NCBI GenBank assembly: GCA_963797095.1
Contig: CAWCNY010000003.1
Coordinates: 992,001 to 1,056,000, forward strand
Origin: an uncultured Chloroflexia bacterium
GTDB lineage: Bacteria; Chloroflexota; Chloroflexia; QHBQ01; JADMIH01
Direction of reading: 5' to 3'
DNA length: 64,000 nt
Positions 59,787 through 64,000 of the stretch are shown in pieces; within the stretch, counting starts at the first letter, position 1, and each line of letters opens with the position of its first letter. Position numbers and translations under genes: made by a program. Under the pieces are notes generated by a model. It worked only from the letters and a program-made list of their open reading frames with translations, had not been told where the DNA came from and did not search any database.

Positions 59787-60602
59787 ATGGACGTATCTCT
59801 TTTCGAATATGATCGCGACGCATCGCTTGATTTACGCAATGCAGGCAGCGCTACGGAGGACGGCGTCACTTCCCGGCTCTTCACTTACCTAACGTACCTA
59901 ACGCCCCACGGCACTCCCCGCGCCGCCGAATTGATCGGCCCCGACGATGAAGGCGTGCACCCTGCCATCCTGTACGTCCACTGGTTGGCCGAGACCCCCA
60001 ACGCCAACCGCACCCAGTTCATAGAGGAAGCCACCGAGATGGCGAAGCGCGGCGTGCTCTCCCTGCTGGTCGAGGCCATGTGGTCTGAGCAGGACTGGTT
60101 CATCAAACGCTCCCAGCAAGACGACTACGACAACTCGGTCAGGCAGGTGGTAGAACTGCGGCAGGCCATGGACATCCTCCTTTCGCAGCCCGGCGTTGAC
60201 CCCTCTCGCTTCGCCTACGTGGGGCACGATTTCGGGGCTATGTACGGCATTCTGATGGGCGCGCACGACCCCCGCCCTCGCTACTACGTGCTGATGGCCG
60301 CCACGCCCAGCTTCCCCGACTGGTATCTCTATTACCCCAGGCTCGAAGGAGAGGCGCGCGAAGACTTCAAGCGGAAGATGGCTCCGCTCGACCCGGTCAA
60401 TCACGTGGCCCATCTGTCGCCCGCGCCCCTGCTGTTCCAGTTCGCCACCCACGACGAGCATATCCCCAATGAGCGCGCCACCGAGTTCTACGAAGCCGCC
60501 GCCCAACCGAAAGAGGTGCGCTGGTACGAAGCAAGCCACGAATTGAACGACCAAGCCCGCCGCGACCGCATCGCCTGGCTCACCGAGCGATTGGGCCTCT
60601 GA
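59787..60602 (+). CDS. Alpha/beta-hydrolase fold protein with Asp at the nucleophile elbow
   Basis: VGHDFGA, D and H (ASHEL) motifs; GAGGA RBS. Confidence 0.8.
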   Translation: MDVSLFEYDRDASLDLRNAGSATEDGVTSRLFTYLTYLTPHGTPRAAELIGPDDEGVHPAILYVHWLAETPNANRTQFIEEATEMAKRGVLSLLVEAMWSEQDWFIKRSQQDDYDNSVRQVVELRQAMDILLSQPGVDPSRFAYVGHDFGAMYGILMGAHDPRPRYYVLMAATPSFPDWYLYYPRLEGEAREDFKRKMAPLDPVNHVAHLSPAPLLFQFATHDEHIPNERATEFYEAAAQPKEVRWYEASHELNDQARRDRIAWLTERLGL

Positions 60603-60769
60603 TCTTCGACCGAACTTCGTTGCTAGTGCGATTCGGTATTCCCCTCACAAAGAATCAATGGCATTATCACGCAAGAACTGGACGATTTTTGGCATGATCT
60701 TTTTTCAGTCCTAAGCCCTATCTTTTTGGTATAAGTAAATCGGCCAAACGACAGAGGCAGTTTTGCCTC

Positions 60770-60900
60770 CTATTCGGTATAGTTTAGTGTGACTACTCTA
60801 CACCGGCTAAAGCCAGGTAGCTTCTAGGGATTGGATACCCATGCACGATAGTCCTCATGCAAGAATGACCATAGCGGCGGCAACATCTCTATGACACTCA
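60770..60900 (-). ncRNA. Predicted TnpB omegaRNA (reRNA) plus flank-derived guide
   Basis: Position at the tnpB 3' end/right end follows known IS605 biology; boundaries are approximate. Confidence 0.55.
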
Positions 60901-61928
60901 AAGCCACAATCACAATGGTGCCAACGTTCCGAAAGTTCCTTCTTTCGGATGCTGCCGCACTTTGGGCAGGTCTGCGAAGTGTAGGACGGGTCTACCTCTA
61001 CCAACTGCGTACCGGCGCATTCTGCCTTGTACCTCAGTTGTGCGGTGAAGATAGACCACGCTGCATCATTCACAGCCTTGGCAAGCATCCCGCCTGCCAA
61101 CCCCTTGACCGACAACTTCTCTATCGCAATCAGGGAGTAGGTCTGTACCAGCCGAAGAGACAACTTGTGCAAGAAGTTGGCACGTTGGTTACGCACCTTG
61201 CGGTGGCAGCTAACCACACGCTTGCGATACTCCCTACGCCCCCGATGCATCCTAATACTAATAGCTTTAGCAAGTTGCCTCTGCGCTTTGGCAAGCCGTT
61301 TCTGCCCTCGGCGGTAGTAGCGGGGGTTTTCGACCTGCTCTCCGGTAGAAAGGTTGGCAAGGTGCTCCAAGCCAACGTCTATACCGACAGCAGGCCCGGT
61401 ATGAATAGGGACTTGTATCTCAGTTTCGACAGAGAAGCACACGAACCACTTGCTGCCTTCCCGCTTGACTTGTACGGTTTTGACTTTGCCCTGCACAGGC
61501 CAGTGCAACTTCAGCTTGATAGTGCCAATCTTGGAGAGCGTCAATCTATCGTTTTGGAGAGACCAACCCAACTGAGGGTAGGTGAAGCTATCGTACCGGT
61601 CATAGGAGCGGAACCGGGGAAAGCCAGCCTTATCGCCACGCTTCACACGTGCGTAGAAAGCCTTATAGGTCTTGTCTACCCTGTGAAGGACATCCTGCAA
61701 CGTCTGGCTGTACACGTCGGCAAGGTCTGGTCTCCGCTCTTTGCACTCTACAAGCGCAGAGGATTGTTCAGCAAAGCTAACGCTCTTTCCTGCCATGCGA
61801 TAGGCATCCCTACGGTGTTGCAGGGCGGCATTGTACAACTCCCTGCACAAATCAATGTTGTGCTGCAACAGACGTGCTTGCCTGCTGGTAGGACGAAGGA
61901 TGTACTTGTAGGTGCGGCGGACCAGCAT
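60855..61928 (-). CDS. tnpB: RNA-guided endonuclease TnpB
   Basis: YKYILRPT, GIDVG (RuvC-I D), IEKL (RuvC-II E), CPKCG..CDCG zinc finger, HRD (RuvC-III D). Confidence 0.95.
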   Translation of the reverse strand: MLVRRTYKYILRPTSRQARLLQHNIDLCRELYNAALQHRRDAYRMAGKSVSFAEQSSALVECKERRPDLADVYSQTLQDVLHRVDKTYKAFYARVKRGDKAGFPRFRSYDRYDSFTYPQLGWSLQNDRLTLSKIGTIKLKLHWPVQGKVKTVQVKREGSKWFVCFSVETEIQVPIHTGPAVGIDVGLEHLANLSTGEQVENPRYYRRGQKRLAKAQRQLAKAISIRMHRGRREYRKRVVSCHRKVRNQRANFLHKLSLRLVQTYSLIAIEKLSVKGLAGGMLAKAVNDAAWSIFTAQLRYKAECAGTQLVEVDPSYTSQTCPKCGSIRKKELSERWHHCDCGFECHRDVAAAMVILA

Positions 61929-62318
61929 CTAAATACCCTTCTCCTCCTCTATGTACCTCTGAATGGTGTCAGCCGAGATATTGCCTGCTGTGCTCGAAAA
62001 GTACGACCTTGTCCACAGACTAGGGAGTTTCAGCAGGTGCGGGTACTTCTCTCTAAGGTCGTGCGACGTTCTGCCCTTTATCCTGCCGACTATATCAGCC
62101 GCACTATCCGTAGGTCGTGCCCTTACAAACAAGTGAATGTGGTCCGGCATGATAGCAAGCTCCAATATCTGCCAGTCCTGAGAGGCACATACTTCTTGAA
62201 TGAGAGCCTTGCAGTCCTTCGCAACGTCTTTGACAAGCACCTTTTTGCGCCTTTTAGGACACCAGATAAGGTGGTACACAATCAGGTGGACTCGGTGTTC
62301 GTCTCGTTGGTACTCCAT
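61929..62318 (-). CDS. tnpA: IS200/IS605 HUH transposase
   Basis: YHLIWCPKRR, PDHIHLF, LWTRSYF, RYI. Confidence 0.95.
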   Translation of the reverse strand: MEYQRDEHRVHLIVYHLIWCPKRRKKVLVKDVAKDCKALIQEVCASQDWQILELAIMPDHIHLFVRARPTDSAADIVGRIKGRTSHDLREKYPHLLKLPSLWTRSYFSSTAGNISADTIQRYIEEEKGI

Positions 62319-62472
62319 GCCCTAAGTATGCACCAAATCTGTAGATTGTGCAAGTCTATCTACAAATCACACACAAAAGGAGAGACTATGAACGACCTTT
62401 TATCCGCCTCATCACAGCCGCTAAAGCGGCGTGGCTTTCAAGTTTTTCTGTAAAGCTCAAAGTAAATAAACT

Positions 62473-64000
62473 ATGCAGAATAGAGGCAACGGCCATGGCC
62501 ATGGCAGACATGGTCTACCGTCGTGGAACGGACAGGACAAAGCGTTCACTGCGGCCATGAACAACGGCTCTTCGCCCCCACAAGCCGACGGCGAACCCGA
62601 AAACGAACCCGAACCCAAAAACTGGTCCGAGCGCTTTAGCTCGTGGCGCAAGCAATCGCGCGCTACCATGGCAGGGGTGCCGCGTGCCCTCAGCCTGGTG
62701 TGGCAGTCCCACAGGGGCTACACCATCACGATGGGCGTGATCTCCATCTTCTTTGGTATCATCCCCACCGCCACCGCCTGGGTAGGCAAGCTCTTGATTG
62801 ACGCGGTGGTGGCGGCCATCGGCGCGGGTGGCGCGGGCAATACCACCACCGTCGTGATTGAGCTTGTGGCCCTGCAATTCGGCCTGCTGGCCGGTAGCTC
62901 GCTTTTGCAGACCCTCCGCGACATCAACCAGCAAGCCCTTCAAGAGCTGACGGCCCGGCGCGTGCAGCTAATGCTGATGAACCACGCCAACAGCCTCGAC
63001 CTCGCCTTCTTCGAGAACCCCGCCTTCTACGATGCCCTTCAGCAAGCCCAAACCCAGGCCACCTTCCGCCCCAGCACGATGGTGCAGCAATTGTTCGGCC
63101 TGGGCCGCAGCCTGATCACCTTCCTCAGCCTGATCGCCCTCATCGCCAGCCTCGGTTGGGTGGTGGCCGTGGCCGCTCTTCTCTCCCCCATCCCCTCCTT
63201 CATCGCAAGCTCGCGCTATGGGTGGCAGGGCTTCATGATCTCGCGCCGCCAGTCGCCCGACCGTCGCCGCATGATGTACTTCCTCGACCTCCTCACCAAG
63301 GACACCTACAACAAAGAGATCAAGCTGTTCGGCCTCGGCAAGTATTTCACCGACAAGTGGGAAGATATCTCCATCCGCTTCTACAAAGAGAACCGCGCCC
63401 TGGTCAAGCGCCGCTACCTGATGGGCTATGCCTGGGGCAGCCTCTCCACAGTTGTTACCAGCGCCACCTACCTCTATGTAGCCCTCCAGACCATAGCAGG
63501 CAAGCTCACCCTGGGCGACCTCACCTTCTACTCGCAGGCGGTAGGGCAGGTGCAGAGCAGCCTGGGTAGCATCCTGGGCGGCCTCTCCGATATGTACGAG
63601 AACAGCCTCTACCTCTCCAACCTCTATGATTTCCTCGACTACACCCCCCAGATCAGGAACACTCCCGACGCTATCCCGCTCAAGCTGCCGCTCCGCCAGG
63701 GTCTGGAGTTCCGTAACGTCTCGTTCACTTACCCCGGCAAGACCGAGCCCGCCCTGCGCGATGTGAACTTTCTCATCAAGCCCGATGAAGCGGTGGCCCT
63801 TGTGGGGCAGAACGGCGCCGGCAAGACCACTATCGTCAAGCTCCTCACCCGCCTATACGACCCCGACAGCGGCGCGATCTTGATCGACGGCATAGACATC
63901 AAGAACTACACTCTCGAAAGCCTCCATGCCGCCATCGGCGTGATCTTCCAGGACTACGTGACCTACTTCCTCAGCGCCCGCGACAACATCGGCATGGGCC
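62473..64000 (+). CDS. ABC transporter, fused TMD + ATPase (partial, runs off the window)
   Basis: Open frame from ATG 62473 (alternative start 62557); TM helices, KEIKLFGL, GQNGAGKTT Walker A, VIFQD Q-loop. Confidence 0.9.
   Translation, partial: MQNRGNGHGHGRHGLPSWNGQDKAFTAAMNNGSSPPQADGEPENEPEPKNWSERFSSWRKQSRATMAGVPRALSLVWQSHRGYTITMGVISIFFGIIPTATAWVGKLLIDAVVAAIGAGGAGNTTTVVIELVALQFGLLAGSSLLQTLRDINQQALQELTARRVQLMLMNHANSLDLAFFENPAFYDALQQAQTQATFRPSTMVQQLFGLGRSLITFLSLIALIASLGWVVAVAALLSPIPSFIASSRYGWQGFMISRRQSPDRRRMMYFLDLLTKDTYNKEIKLFGLGKYFTDKWEDISIRFYKENRALVKRRYLMGYAWGSLSTVVTSATYLYVALQTIAGKLTLGDLTFYSQAVGQVQSSLGSILGGLSDMYENSLYLSNLYDFLDYTPQIRNTPDAIPLKLPLRQGLEFRNVSFTYPGKTEPALRDVNFLIKPDEAVALVGQNGAGKTTIVKLLTRLYDPDSGAILIDGIDIKNYTLESLHAAIGVIFQDYVTYFLSARDNIGMG

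Larger units (their letters stand above)
60789..62449 (-). mobile_element. IS200/IS605-family element
   Basis: Right end GAAG-CTACCTGGCTTTAGCCGGTGTAG-AGTAG-TCAC|60789. Left-end hairpin AAAG-CCACGCCGCTTTAGCGGCTGTG, preceded by TTAC target (boundary 62449, alternatively 62461). Confidence 0.88.

Noticed and set aside
60855-61928. TnpB as a nuclease-dead TldR repressor
   Set aside because: The RuvC D-E-D residues are present, and tnpA and both IS ends are retained.
60891-62453. 520-aa plus-strand ORF
   Set aside because: Antisense shadow of tnpA/tnpB with no recognisable motifs.

Overview
A 64 kb, moderately GC-rich bacterial chromosomal window. Gene content and scattered heptamer repeats suggest Chloroflexota (inference). 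Main blocks, in order: (1) a MalT-like LuxR regulator with two MDR oxidoreductases (one a pseudogene), DinB proteins and an AlkZ-like glycosylase; (2) a Qmo/Hdr-like redox cluster (tusA, tusA, Cys-depleted mvhD, hdrA, hdrA, wHTH, qmoC-like, dsrE) bracketed by two paralogous XRE-cupin regulators, with no apr/sat/dsrAB/hdrB/hydrogenase genes in the window; (3) maeB; (4) a glycan-type operon headed by an atypical sirtuin; (5) cocE-tetR with clear operators and mntH with DtxR/MntR-type boxes; (6) a selenocysteine formate dehydrogenase operon interleaved with unrelated cargo genes and TA modules, with in-frame heptamer-repeat insertions in its subunits; (7) a degenerate PrsW / secreted trypsin-like protease operon; (8) two-component genes; (9) a complete IS200/IS605 element (tnpA+tnpB) inserted in the loop of an imperfect inverted repeat that covers the start codon of the neighbouring ABC transporter. 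I found no rRNA, tRNA or CRISPR array. All family calls come from motif recognition by eye; no database searches were run.
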